A DNA stretch of 63,207 nucleotides, filler included, from Stramenopiles sp. TOSAG23-3 (lineage: Eukaryota), in assembly GCA_900128585.1 (NCBI GenBank). It is 5 parts of 5 records of this genome, joined end to end, with 100 filler letters (N's around TTAATTAATTAA, not from the genome) between each part and the next. Parts side by side here need not be neighbours in the genome. Positions count along the whole stretch, not along the records: positions 19,763 to 39,404 come from LT642396.1; 4 more parts are not named here. One strand, written 5' to 3'. The notes below the pieces were generated by a model. It was not told the origin of the DNA. It saw only the letters and a list, made by a program, of their open reading frames with translations, and ran no database searches. A program made the position numbers and the translations under genes. The first letter of the stretch is position 1, and each line of letters opens with the position of its first letter. This document shows positions 20,415-31,004 of the stretch, one piece after another.

Positions 20415-21593
20415 ATGTCGGGACAACAAATTCGGGTTTATTTCAACCAAAAATGGCAACCCGGCAACATCGTGCACGAAGAATCAAAAAATGGAGTGAA
20501 AGTATTCAAAGTAAAATACAACGATGGCGTAGAGGCCGTTGTAAACACAAAGTTGGACAAGTACATAATCATCAGGAATGTCACTTCCGATGAAGCGGAA
20601 GTTGTCGTTGATGAACCTGAGGTTTCTGGAGCTGGCGCGGCCTCAGAGGCAGAACTCGCTGATGCGAGCGGTTCGACAGAGCCCGGGAATGCCGGGTCGC
20701 CGAAGGAGGCAGTAGTCAACCCCCCCCCGGCACCCGCTCCACGATGGGATGAAAACATCATGGTATCAATACTGGACAAAGAAGTTTATGTAGAATTGGA
20801 CAGAAAGGGTCTCCCTTGGTGCCGATACTGCGGAGCTCGGGACACTTCGGGCTGGAGCAGGGGCCCGTGGGCGTCAAAAACGCTCTGTATACCGCACTAC
20901 GTGGCTTGGTGGCAGAAGAAAAAATTGGACCTAAGCGCGTATGCGGACGCCCTTCCAACGCAGCCCATCAACCCACACGAAAATACAGAATTCAAGTATA
21001 CCGCATGGAAAAAAGAAAAGCAAAGAAAGATAGAAAGGCAAAAGTTGCAGGCCCAGGCGCAGAAACCGGCGACAAGCGGCATTGACGAGGCGGAGTTCGC
21101 ACAGTTTGCCGAGAAAGAACGAAGCGCCGCAGAGAAGTCAGGTCGAAGAATAAGCTCTCGAGCAATCCGGGCAAAGTTTGTGAAGATGAAGGAAGAAAAA
21201 GAGCGGGGCATAAAGATGAAGGAGTTGAAAAAACAAGAGGAAATCGAAGAAGCGGGCAAACGAGAGAGGCGCCGACAACTCGAGGCACAGCGACGACTAG
21301 AGCGGGAACGGATGGAGGCGCTCCGGCAAGACCGAAAACGCGAGCAGGCGAGGAGAAAGAAGGAAACCGAAGATTTGAAATTGTCAAGGAAAAGGGAGAG
21401 GGAGACGAAGGTTAAGTTGGCGGTAAAATCAAAGAGGGTGAAAGTAGAGAAGAAAAGGGAGAGGCAGGCTGCTCTGGAGGAGGAGGCCAACGGAAGGAAC
21501 AAAGTGTCGTGGACCGCGACGGCCTCCGACGAAAGCCCCCCGCCGCCGCAAGAGCCCATGGGATTGTTTTGGACAAGGCCAAGGCGGGCGTAG
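20415..21593 (+). CDS. Putative nuclear protein: Tudor-like N-terminus, atypical GATA-type zinc finger, charged coiled coil
   Basis: IRVYFNQKWQPGNIV..FKVKYNDG (Tudor-like); CRYCGARDTSGWSRGPWASKTLCIPH; K/E/R-rich C-terminal half. ATG at 20415. Confidence 0.65.
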   Translation: MSGQQIRVYFNQKWQPGNIVHEESKNGVKVFKVKYNDGVEAVVNTKLDKYIIIRNVTSDEAEVVVDEPEVSGAGAASEAELADASGSTEPGNAGSPKEAVVNPPPAPAPRWDENIMVSILDKEVYVELDRKGLPWCRYCGARDTSGWSRGPWASKTLCIPHYVAWWQKKKLDLSAYADALPTQPINPHENTEFKYTAWKKEKQRKIERQKLQAQAQKPATSGIDEAEFAQFAEKERSAAEKSGRRISSRAIRAKFVKMKEEKERGIKMKELKKQEEIEEAGKRERRRQLEAQRRLERERMEALRQDRKREQARRKKETEDLKLSRKRERETKVKLAVKSKRVKVEKKRERQAALEEEANGRNKVSWTATASDESPPPPQEPMGLFWTRPRRA

Positions 21594-21806
21594 TGGGCAA
21601 ACGGTTTCTGAAAGAGTCAAACAACCATGTCGTATTTTCGTGAGAGAGGCGCAGAGTTCTCTGGAGAGCAAATTGAAACAAGCCCCCGTGCAAGACCTAC
21701 ACTAGTTTATGGCGCTATGTTACGTTTTCTTAATTACTTCTTCTTCTTTTATTTTTACAAAAAATCAAACCTGCCACACCTGCCACTACTGGCATTTTTT
21801 AACGCT

Positions 21807-22982
21807 CTACATGAATGCCTCGTGGTCTAATGTTTCCTCGTACACAATTCCAGCGTCTAGACTCTCCACCAACCTTCTATGGTCCTCACCGTACACTGGC
21901 ATCCCGTGAATCACATGTGGGACGTTGGACGCTGGCGGGTTTGCTCCAGGGTTCAGTTTATCGAGCAGCGCAAAGTCTTCCTCTGTGAGCACACGCCGCC
22001 TCGTTGGATTCAAGTGATCTTTTTGCGATGTTGATGGCGAGTCCGAGAGTAAGGCTCCCTGCTTTGGCATGCAAATGGTCGTCGTTGATACCGTATCGAA
22101 TTCCAAAATAAGTTCGTACTGGTTGAGCAAATCGCATTCGGACAGCAACGTACTATACTGTGCGAACCTGGAGACCCTCCGTGCCCGTACAATGAAGTCG
22201 GAGTCTTGCAGGGTGTCCGGCTCTATGGCCCGGATTTTTGTTCTACCTAAATCTATTTCTCTCAACTTTGGGCAACCCGCCAAGTGCGTGTAATTCGTCG
22301 CCGTCCCATTCATTTGAATCCGCAGCAACGAGTCCAAGTTCCGAAAGGTGCCGGGCTCTATCACAGAGAGATTCGGGTTAATGGAAAGGCGAATGGTCTC
22401 CACCAGCGGAAGATTCTCGAATGTGCCTTGCGCCAAAGATGTAAGGCTATTGTTTGTTATTCGAATATGGGTCAGGCCGGGAAGGTTCACGAACGAGCCG
22501 ACCTCAATCCCAGAGATTTGATTATCGTCCAGCAGTATAGTTGCCAGCTCTGGTAGATCAGTGAAAGCCCCCGCAGTAATGTTTTTTATCTTGTTGTTTC
22601 GCAGGTCTACGATTTGCAGCAATGGTAAGTTTTTCAAAAAATTGGAAGGGATATACTCTATGTTATTGTTGTGAAAACTGGCGGACATAATTGTTTTCGG
22701 CATTCCAATTGGCGCCGAAGTCAAGCCCACACTGTCGCAGTTCCAGGTCAACTTTGAGCAAAAGCAAGTAGGTGGGCAGGTTTGTGCTCGGCTGGATGCC
22801 ATGTGAGTCATTGGAGACCTATACGCTACAGACTCGTCTCCACGAACGGGAGGAACAGGAACATCGGGCATACTTTGATACCCTGCTTCCGCCACGTATG
22901 TACAAAATTCGGCGAGGGTAAGAAAACAAAGCCAAGCCTTCCACAGGCACGGCACCCAACGTTGCTTGGCAGTACCATTCAT
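21807..22982 (-). CDS. Extracellular-type LRR protein with LRRNT cap
   Basis: Hydrophobic N-terminus; CPPTCFCSKLTWNCDSVGLTSAP cap; 24-aa repeats such as LQIVDLRNNKIKNITAGAFTDLPE. Confidence 0.75.
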   Translation of the reverse strand: MNGTAKQRWVPCLWKAWLCFLTLAEFCTYVAEAGYQSMPDVPVPPVRGDESVAYRSPMTHMASSRAQTCPPTCFCSKLTWNCDSVGLTSAPIGMPKTIMSASFHNNNIEYIPSNFLKNLPLLQIVDLRNNKIKNITAGAFTDLPELATILLDDNQISGIEVGSFVNLPGLTHIRITNNSLTSLAQGTFENLPLVETIRLSINPNLSVIEPGTFRNLDSLLRIQMNGTATNYTHLAGCPKLREIDLGRTKIRAIEPDTLQDSDFIVRARRVSRFAQYSTLLSECDLLNQYELILEFDTVSTTTICMPKQGALLSDSPSTSQKDHLNPTRRRVLTEEDFALLDKLNPGANPPASNVPHVIHGMPVYGEDHRRLVESLDAGIVYEETLDHEAFM

Positions 22983-24088
22983 GGTGGACTGAAGGGGCTA
23001 TCGTGACACACCTTACCTCTTTACTTCAACAAATGCTTCCAGCGAAGGTTCTTACGTTGAAGTTTCGCGAAGGATGTTTGAAAACTATTTTCAATCGCTG
23101 AATCTTAAACTCCGTGGCATCATTTTGAATCTTATTTACCGCACAATAATAATTTCATTCTTCTTATTATTATTATTTTTGAGCAGTAGTACACCACCAC
23201 GCACGAGGAGTGATAATAAGTAAAAATAATTTTAAAAAAATAATACAGAATATTCAAAGTTTTTTTGTTCAGGGGGGTCTTGGCTTGCTATAGTTTGTAG
23301 TATTTTCCCTATACAATATTTCCAAATATATGTATTGAATCGATTATTATCAATAAAAAGACCTATGAGTACCGTAAAATGAGCAAATAATTGGAAATAA
23401 TTATATAGGCACAATGAATATCAATCAAAAACCATTTATAATACAGAATATTGTACTTGTTTATTTTGAAAGGGAAAGATTTTTTCCGCAACCTTAGTTA
23501 AGTACAAGAGCAGTCTTTTTTTAACTGTTAGCCCAACTGTCCAATGCTGTGATGATGATCAGTTTCTTATCAGTTTCTGATCATCAGTTCCTTTCCGTTT
23601 TCGTGTGAAAGGCACACCTTTCTTAGTCTAGGACTATACTACGGTAGTGACTTGGACCAATCACACAGGACCAGTTAAGTTCCTTTTTTATATTAGTTAT
23701 AATTTGGATTATTTAATGTAATAGATCTTCTTCTTTCTTCTTTCATCAGATCCGTTTTTTACAAAATGTAATCACTTCGTACTCATCTACGGTATTTACC
23801 TGTACCATACCTTAATAACTTTTTTTGGTCCCACCTCCATCCTCCTCCTACTACCAAGTGGTACAAGTTTTTATTATTATTGTTTGGTACTACATAATTG
23901 GATCCTACATTTTAATTACTTTGCTCGCTTCAGAAGTGCCAGTTAACAGACGAAATTACCACCGTTCGTGTGAGACGACTTATAAATTCACCAAGATAAG
24001 CGGACAGGGGGCAGAGAATCCGATAGTTTCAATAGCTGTATTTGATCTCACGCCAGCTCAACAGTTTGGCTGCACTTTTGTGTCACCG

Positions 24089-25372
24089 ATGGGTAAAAAG
24101 AAGAAACATAGCGGGGAAATATATCTTACTCCCCGTAAAGGCGAAGCGGGGCAACCATCGGGCGACGAAGAGAAAGCGGAGAAAGCGAGAGATACGATCC
24201 ATGATGCGTTTTCTGGAATTAGGGAAGAGACGAAGGAAGGCGGAGGCGAAGCAATGCACGATGGAGAAGAAATCGTCGTTGCAGACAGTGCAGCAGCACC
24301 ACTATTGGAAGTAGAGTCGGGAGAAACTGGGGTCGAGAAAAACATTTATACGGGGCACGGTCTCGGAAAGAAGATTAAGTTCGTAGGGGAGTACGAGGCT
24401 AATAATTCTGGCAAACCAATGGACGTCCAAACTGTCTCTTATAGCGCCTCGCATTTGATTTTAGGTGAAAATGGCCACCACAGTCTACTGAAGTTTAGAA
24501 AGTGTGCAAAGGCGGTGGTCGCGGCGGGAAGGTTGACGAAAGGGAGTGCTTTGCAACAGCGTTGGTACAAGTCTATTTCGAATGAGTTAGGGGGGCGTCC
24601 CGTGAGGGAGGCTACAATAGAAGAGCTTGTATACATTGCCAAGAGGGAAAACATTCCTATCCCAAAGCGCGGAAGCTTGTACGGTTATGTTAATGTGTTT
24701 GTCTCGAAAGTGAGAAAAATATCGTTCGATAATCCCATTGGTTTCGTCGTGGGGTTATTCGGTTGGAAAAAACCGTCGGTATCCATCTCAGTGAGAAAGA
24801 GGTCTCCGGTGAGTTTGGGGGCTTGCAAGGGCATGTTCTTTACTAGGGTCAGAGGACAAGAAAAACCGGAGCACATAGAAGTTCACGACAAATATGTAGA
24901 GGACGTCGTCGTTCAAGTCTATCGAGGGGAGCGGTTGGTTGGAGAAGGGTTTTCCAAGGTTAATTTGGCCTCCGAAAACCCGTCTGGTGTTCTGGAGCAT
25001 TCGGCGAAGATAAAAATTTATGCATCTAAAGACCTTGCAAAAGGAAAGTGGCAAAAGCTGTACGACAGAATTTTCAGGTACAGAGGAGATGTGAACATTA
25101 ATTATACGTACGACAAGTCTGCTGCCGAGGAGTTGGGGGGGCTCTCCTATCGTCGCGCGTTGATAAACGCAATCGGGTTGCCGATTAGCGATTTGCCAAG
25201 AAACTTGGACAGGAAGAAAGAACTGAAGGCCTTGGGCATAAAATTGAACAAAAAGAAAAATAGTGACATGAGATGGGGCAAGCTAAGGGCGAACTATACC
25301 CCTCAGGTTGATAACCATAGAAGTAAATCCGCTGCAACCATTGTCCCCGTTCTTAACTTTCCAACACGGTGA
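24089..25372 (+). CDS. Hypothetical protein, possible C2-like beta domain in the C-terminal half
   Basis: Long ORF with coding-like composition from ATG 24089; VVVQVYRGERLVGEGFSKVNL resembles C2 strands (weak). Confidence 0.5.
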   Translation: MGKKKKHSGEIYLTPRKGEAGQPSGDEEKAEKARDTIHDAFSGIREETKEGGGEAMHDGEEIVVADSAAAPLLEVESGETGVEKNIYTGHGLGKKIKFVGEYEANNSGKPMDVQTVSYSASHLILGENGHHSLLKFRKCAKAVVAAGRLTKGSALQQRWYKSISNELGGRPVREATIEELVYIAKRENIPIPKRGSLYGYVNVFVSKVRKISFDNPIGFVVGLFGWKKPSVSISVRKRSPVSLGACKGMFFTRVRGQEKPEHIEVHDKYVEDVVVQVYRGERLVGEGFSKVNLASENPSGVLEHSAKIKIYASKDLAKGKWQKLYDRIFRYRGDVNINYTYDKSAAEELGGLSYRRALINAIGLPISDLPRNLDRKKELKALGIKLNKKKNSDMRWGKLRANYTPQVDNHRSKSAATIVPVLNFPTR

Positions 25373-25800
25373 GTAGAAAAATAAAAAAGAAGGTCTGCAT
25401 TTTTTTTCTACCTTGTTCCAATTTAATATGATGATCTATATTATTATATAGGAAATTGTTGTCAGTGTAAAATAGTATAAACGTTTGTAATCTTTTTATT
25501 TATAACTGATAAAAAAATCATCAATTTGTGGAAAAATACAGGTAAATAACAAGGGAAAAAAACTCGTTCTTTCTTCTTTTTCTCTTCTTCTTCTTTTCTT
25601 CAAAAAAATTTGAACTGATAGATACTATACTTACGCACTATATTTCTCATTCAAATATTAAATGAAGAAACGAGGTAGTCTATATATATAGAATTTATTA
25701 TGAAAATGAAAACGGGTTGTAAGGAGACGAAACATTAAACACAACCTTTAAGATCGTTTGTTTTATTTTATCTTATCTTGACGAAGCGAAAGACGGGACA

Positions 25801-27006
25801 ATGGATTTGAGCTTGGATGACTTAATTAAGAGGGATAAGAAAAACAAGGGGGGCGGCAACGGGAAAGGCGGCAACGGGAAAGGCGGCAACGGGAAAGGCG
25901 GCAACGGGAAAGGCGGCAACGGGGAAGGTGGGAACGGCAAGAACGCCAGGAAGCGCCCGCAGAAAAACAACAACGATTCCAGGAATACCAAGCGGAAAGA
26001 CCACCCCCAGAAAAATAATGGAAGCAAAAACAAGAAACGCCAAAGGGGAGGTGGTGAAGACGGCGAGCGCGGTGGCAAACGAAGGAGAGACACTCCTTTG
26101 CCTGGCTCGTTCGGGCGACGTGGAAACGCTGGAGGAAAAGGCGGAAAACGTGACTTTCACAGGGGAGACCCCCACCGCCGCCAATCGAACCACCCGAAGC
26201 AGCAGAGGGAAGAAAGCTTTGACTTTCAAGCGGCATGGCGCCAAAACCACGTTGCCATCCAGTTGCAGGGCATCGATATGGTAGTTTGCTACAACAGTGG
26301 GCGCCTGGTGTTGAACTCCGCTGGACAACAAAACCGTTACTACTTGAAAGCCTTTAACCTCATTTTGAAAGTGTTCGGTCTGACCATTCAGCCAAGTGGC
26401 CCCAGGATGTGGACAATCTATGATACAAATGTGCCGGAATTTCGACAAAAGTTTTTCGACGGGTGCTACGTTATGGATTCCATGAAGAGCAAAGAGAGAA
26501 TGCGATTAAGGTGGAGAGTGATCAATGAATTGTACGGGAGAACAGTGGAAGAATACGAGCCCTCGCGCAATGCAGCCCCGCCCGCGCTGAAGTCAAACAC
26601 ATGGCGCCCTGCCAACGCTTTGGACAATGTCGCAGACGAAGGCGCTGCTGCCGTCGGGGCCAGATCTGCGGACGAAGAACTCCCGGAGCACGAGAAAACA
26701 GGACCAATATACTTCTTGCGCGCGTTATGCGAGAGAAGAGGATGGAGCGCCCCAGAGTTTACAAAGGAAGAAAATGATGATTTTCAACTCGGCTATACCG
26801 TAAAGCTTTCCATTTTTGAAGATCCAATCTCACCTTCACAGTGGCACGACAAAGACAGCGATGCCAAAGTGAACGCTGCCAAGGAAGCCCTGGACCTAGT
26901 CCGCGAATACCAGAAAGCGCAAAAACAAGAAGCGTCTGCGGAATCGTCACAGATTGGGGGGTTCGAAGATTTGCAGAAAGCAGACGACAGCACAGCCGCG
27001 GAATGA
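25801..27006 (+). CDS. RNA-binding protein: N-terminal UAP56-binding-like motif, GGNGK repeats, C-terminal dsRBD-like domain
   Basis: MDLSLDDLIK (ALYREF/UIF-type motif); G/R/K-rich region; PIYFLRALCERRGWSAPEF..YTVKL..KDSDAKVNAAKEALDLV. Confidence 0.7.
   Translation: MDLSLDDLIKRDKKNKGGGNGKGGNGKGGNGKGGNGKGGNGEGGNGKNARKRPQKNNNDSRNTKRKDHPQKNNGSKNKKRQRGGGEDGERGGKRRRDTPLPGSFGRRGNAGGKGGKRDFHRGDPHRRQSNHPKQQREESFDFQAAWRQNHVAIQLQGIDMVVCYNSGRLVLNSAGQQNRYYLKAFNLILKVFGLTIQPSGPRMWTIYDTNVPEFRQKFFDGCYVMDSMKSKERMRLRWRVINELYGRTVEEYEPSRNAAPPALKSNTWRPANALDNVADEGAAAVGARSADEELPEHEKTGPIYFLRALCERRGWSAPEFTKEENDDFQLGYTVKLSIFEDPISPSQWHDKDSDAKVNAAKEALDLVREYQKAQKQEASAESSQIGGFEDLQKADDSTAAE
25852..25940 (+). repeat. Coding 15-nt tandem repeat (GGCGGCAACGGGAAA)n encoding GGNGK, about six copies
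   Basis: Direct reading. Confidence 0.9.
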
Positions 27007-27325
27007 GTGGGACCAAATGTGACCCCCCTCCCCCCCACCTGGACCAGCAACGCCGTCGGGGGCGCAGTGCTCAAGCACAGAAAATAACTTTTTCATATAT
27101 GAGAAAGTATTTTGTTTTTTCATATATGAAGTAAAAATGAAAATATGTTTTCTCATTATATTCTAGATTTTCAATTTTTTAAAAGAGAATATTTTACAAA
27201 GTATTTTGGTTTCGTTCTGTCTCTCTCTCTCTCTCCGGTAAAAAAATTAACACTCTAGCGCCCCCGAACACCGTTTGCCACAAAAGTGTTTCCAGCTTGT
27301 CAAAAAGTCTCTCTCTGTCCCACTT

Positions 27326-29209
27326 TCAATCATCCGCATAAATATCCCTGAACTTTTTCTTGGATGCAGTCCTGCTTTCCTGCATTTCAAGCTCTTTCAG
27401 CAACGAGTCCAATTCGACATCGTCGTCAAAATTATTGCTTTCAGAAAGTGGCGTGAAGCAAAAACACACAATAGAACAGAGCACTACCACAATGCTTTTC
27501 TCTGTTTGGGTAGACCTCCAGTACGAGTAGGCCAACAGAGCAACGACGACCCCTAGCCCGGCCAAAGCGACGATCAACATGAAATTTGCATTGAAAAAGG
27601 AGAGAGTGGGGCTACACATTGACACACTTGAAGCCCCAATTTGACCGTGGTGCTTACCAACCGGGCATAGTTCGCACGAACCACTGCCCGTCCCCCCAGC
27701 GCGTTCATTGTACTTCCCAGATTCGCAAGCCATGCATTCACCAGATAGCCCGACGATGGAATTGTATTTCCCAGCCGAGCATTTTGAACAGTACAAGAAT
27801 TTGGTTTGCCCATCGATGTACTCTTTTGTTCCTGGGGAACACCCCACAGACGCCAGAATCCCACGGTTGTAGCGGCCTTGGTTGGATGCAAGGATAACTT
27901 CACCTGAAGCCGACACTGCCGAAGCAATATGGTTGATTTCGCAAGTGTCGCCTTTTTGGGGTTCTTCAAAATCTAGCGGAGAGTCAGAAGCGTCACAGCG
28001 AACCGTGTAGACCGCCCCACCAATGTTGTCTTCTCCTTTGTTGAAGCGGCAAAGTGTGACAAACACACTGCATGGGTGCTTTTCTTTATGTAGGCGGTAC
28101 AAAACAAGCGCGCTTGCAGATCCTGGAAACACTTGGGTCACCACATCATATACGAACGAGTCCTTGATCACGGTGTATTTGTAATCCTCGTCATCTATAC
28201 ATGCCACAGAGTGGCCGTCAGAGTCCTTCAACTGTATGTTGCACGCGGTGGCTAGCAACGCCCCCGATGACGTTCGAAGAAAAAACAATATTCGCCCGTT
28301 CGCAGGCAAATCATTTGGACCGGGGGTAATGTCTAATGCGGCATGTTGTATTCTAATTTGTGAAATCTTCTTTTCTGAAAAAGTCGTAGGCTCCCCGTGG
28401 CAATGCAAATCTTGTATTGTGCAAACAAGCAGCTCGGGCTTCATTTGGTTTTTCCAATTGCTGTACACCACGAGGGCACTTTTCCCAGAGTGAATAGCTG
28501 CTATTTGTAGGTTCTGTGGCTGGATCTGCGTGGGATTCTTCACCAGCACCTTGGGAGGTTTCGTGCATACCAGGGACATGTTCTGGTCCACAACGCGACA
28601 AACCTGCCCCTCAACCCCCACCCCACCAGCCTTTGAAACCCACACAAACACGATCTCCCCATCTTGCCTACCGTTGTACTGCATGCCTTGCAGCATGCTT
28701 CCCCCCGAAAAGAGCTTCATTTCTTCGCCGCATGTAACGTTTGAAGCACTGCCCAGAACTCCGCCAAAATTGCATGGACGAACCCAACCGTCGCTGTATT
28801 GGTCGGTATATGCAAGAACAAACCGCCCGTTTATTGTTTCCGAAAGGGACACGACGTCGATCTTCATAACCGCAGCAGCGTGGAAGACGTATGGGCTGGT
28901 GCACTTTTTCAACTTCGTCTGGTCATAATTTATTGGCTTTAATGGATCAACGTCATGGTTGTCCAGCCTGCAAACTTGAAAAGTGCCGAAACGTTTGTTC
29001 TTCCCATCCCGATACGCAACAGCGACGTCGTAAGGCTCCCTAGCCAAGCCCAAAGCTACTTCTTTCACACTATTTGCTTCAAAGTAGACCGGAATCGTGC
29101 TTCCAATGCTGTAAACTGCCCCTGGCGGCTCTGCTCCCGACCCGGCCACCAAGAGGAGCAATCCCAACACAACCGAAAAATGCACGCTCTGCATATTTTC
29201 CCGTGCCAT
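27326..29209 (-). CDS. Type I membrane protein with beta-rich ectodomain and Cys-rich (GCC2/GCC3, ephrin-receptor-like) repeats
   Basis: Signal peptide VVLGLLLLVAGSGA; CSKCSAGKY, CMACESGKY, CELCPVGKH; TM helix FMLIVALAGLGVVVALLAY; possible second hydrophobic segment. Confidence 0.7.
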   Translation of the reverse strand: MARENMQSVHFSVVLGLLLLVAGSGAEPPGAVYSIGSTIPVYFEANSVKEVALGLAREPYDVAVAYRDGKNKRFGTFQVCRLDNHDVDPLKPINYDQTKLKKCTSPYVFHAAAVMKIDVVSLSETINGRFVLAYTDQYSDGWVRPCNFGGVLGSASNVTCGEEMKLFSGGSMLQGMQYNGRQDGEIVFVWVSKAGGVGVEGQVCRVVDQNMSLVCTKPPKVLVKNPTQIQPQNLQIAAIHSGKSALVVYSNWKNQMKPELLVCTIQDLHCHGEPTTFSEKKISQIRIQHAALDITPGPNDLPANGRILFFLRTSSGALLATACNIQLKDSDGHSVACIDDEDYKYTVIKDSFVYDVVTQVFPGSASALVLYRLHKEKHPCSVFVTLCRFNKGEDNIGGAVYTVRCDASDSPLDFEEPQKGDTCEINHIASAVSASGEVILASNQGRYNRGILASVGCSPGTKEYIDGQTKFLYCSKCSAGKYNSIVGLSGECMACESGKYNERAGGTGSGSCELCPVGKHHGQIGASSVSMCSPTLSFFNANFMLIVALAGLGVVVALLAYSYWRSTQTEKSIVVVLCSIVCFCFTPLSESNNFDDDVELDSLLKELEMQESRTASKKKFRDIYADD

Positions 29210-29693
29210 TTGGTTTATATGGACTTGCTTGCCTCTAATGAACGTTTCCTATCTATCCGTTTTATTTTTTTCCCTCTACATGTACAATTGTTATATGACT
29301 GAAAGACATTAAATGATTGAAGTCGGCGGGCCGGTGTACTCGTTACATTATCATCATGTGACATCATAATAATATTTTTTTTGTTAGGTTGGTAGTATAT
29401 ATTTACTACCAGAGGGAATATAAAGTATAGAAATATTATTATAAATAATGATAATAAATATAAATAATAATAATCAATAAAATATAAGAAGAAGCCATCA
29501 TCATAAATTATTCTTTTTTTTTATTTTTTTATTTTTGATATTTATTATGAACTACCAACTCTCCCATATTATACAAAAAACAAAATATAGTATATTCATA
29601 TACCCCCCACCCCCCGTGTACTACTTCTGTTTTTTTTTTTAGTAAATAAAATTCTTAATTAAAATAGAAAAAATAATTTAGAAAGATCATTTA

Positions 29694-31004
29694 TCATTGC
29701 ACTCTTTCGTTTTCTTCATCCCTGACGACGTATTTGCTCTTTCCTTTCTTACTCGATTCGCTTTCAAAAACCTCCTTTCGTTTGCACTTGGTTTGGATGT
29801 CCCCACCTTTCTTTTCCTTGAAGTCGTCTCCTCCTGCCCGACTTTGTTGTTCCCCATTCGGCTTCTCCTGCACCTTCAGCGTTTCTTCTTTCCAACTTTC
29901 TATCATCGATCTTAAGCCGTAATTGGGAACCAGAACACCGTCGGGCAAACGCAAGTTTGTCACAGGGCTTCGCAGAAAATAATTCGGCCTCAGACTTGTC
30001 CACTCCAACTCACTGCATCTGTGGCCACATCTGTCAAACCACTGCTGGATTGATTTAGTTTCATAAGTGTACCCGTCGGAAGCGATAACAGGACGAATCA
30101 TTATTTCTTTACTTATCGGACAAACGAAGCCAGGTGGTACTTTTGCACCGTTATGTAAATTTTCTTCGATTCGATCGGTAATTTTTCTCTCCGCTCGAAA
30201 CGCTTTTTCTTCGATTTCCAGCATTAACTTTACTGCATGCCAGTCTTCACACCTTTCCCTTTCTTCTTGCCGAATCCTTTCCTCATCCATCTCCAGGTTC
30301 TGCTCCCTCCCTAACTCAAGATCTGCTTCATAATCTGAAAAAGAATCATAAGAATCCATTGCTTCCAACCGGTTCCCAAGCCGCTCTCTCTGCCTCTCTA
30401 TATAGCGTTTTTTTAACCATTTCCTCCACCATAAAAAAAAGAGAAAGTAAAGTAGTAGAGCAGCAGCAATAAAACTCCCCATAATCGCCCAGAAACCATC
30501 CACATCGCTACATAACGAGATCGAATCTGCACCAGGGGCCCACCAACTCGTCCCCTTAAAATTTGTAAAGGGCCTGTCCGTGGGGCACATTTTGCAAATT
30601 GCGTCTGCTCCACCTGGAGAGTAGGATCCTTTAGGACATGGCGAACATTTTGGAATACGGCAAACAGTGCGAGCCCCCATCTCTGGCTTTCTTGTGGACG
30701 ATGTTGCCAAGTTCAATATGTACTGAATATTTGGTTCCGGGTTTGGTCCAAACAACGGTTTGGAATACGGTAAAATGCGAACACAACCCTTTGGAAGCAT
30801 CTTCATAGTTCCATTTCCACTGTAACCTTTCATCAGAGGATCAAACGCTGTATTAACCAAAGCTGCATGCTTGCATCGCGCCTCACTTAAAATTAAATCA
30901 CAAGACTCTTCGCTGTCCCCTGTTCTGTGTCCACCTTCGTATGTGTACTTGTACCTGGTGCCTTCACCCGGTCCACATTCCAACAAACGAAGACTTTCGT
31001 TCAT
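29694..31004 (-). CDS. Receptor-like membrane protein with cytosolic U-box (E3 ubiquitin ligase)
   Basis: Cys-rich N-terminus (CSPCPKGSY..CKMCP); TM helix FWAIMGSFIAAALLLYFLFFLWW followed by RKWLKKR; coiled coil; U-box PPGFVCPISKEIMIRPVIASDGYTYE..SPVTN..LVPNYGLRSMIESW. The 5' end is uncertain (no signal peptide). Confidence 0.8.
   Translation of the reverse strand: MNESLRLLECGPGEGTRYKYTYEGGHRTGDSEESCDLILSEARCKHAALVNTAFDPLMKGYSGNGTMKMLPKGCVRILPYSKPLFGPNPEPNIQYILNLATSSTRKPEMGARTVCRIPKCSPCPKGSYSPGGADAICKMCPTDRPFTNFKGTSWWAPGADSISLCSDVDGFWAIMGSFIAAALLLYFLFFLWWRKWLKKRYIERQRERLGNRLEAMDSYDSFSDYEADLELGREQNLEMDEERIRQEERERCEDWHAVKLMLEIEEKAFRAERKITDRIEENLHNGAKVPPGFVCPISKEIMIRPVIASDGYTYETKSIQQWFDRCGHRCSELEWTSLRPNYFLRSPVTNLRLPDGVLVPNYGLRSMIESWKEETLKVQEKPNGEQQSRAGGDDFKEKKGGDIQTKCKRKEVFESESSKKGKSKYVVRDEENERVQ

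Noticed and set aside
21536-21705. Possible frameshifted C-terminal extension of the GATA-like gene at a C-run
   Set aside because: Alternative frames are short and have no recognisable features; cannot be resolved.
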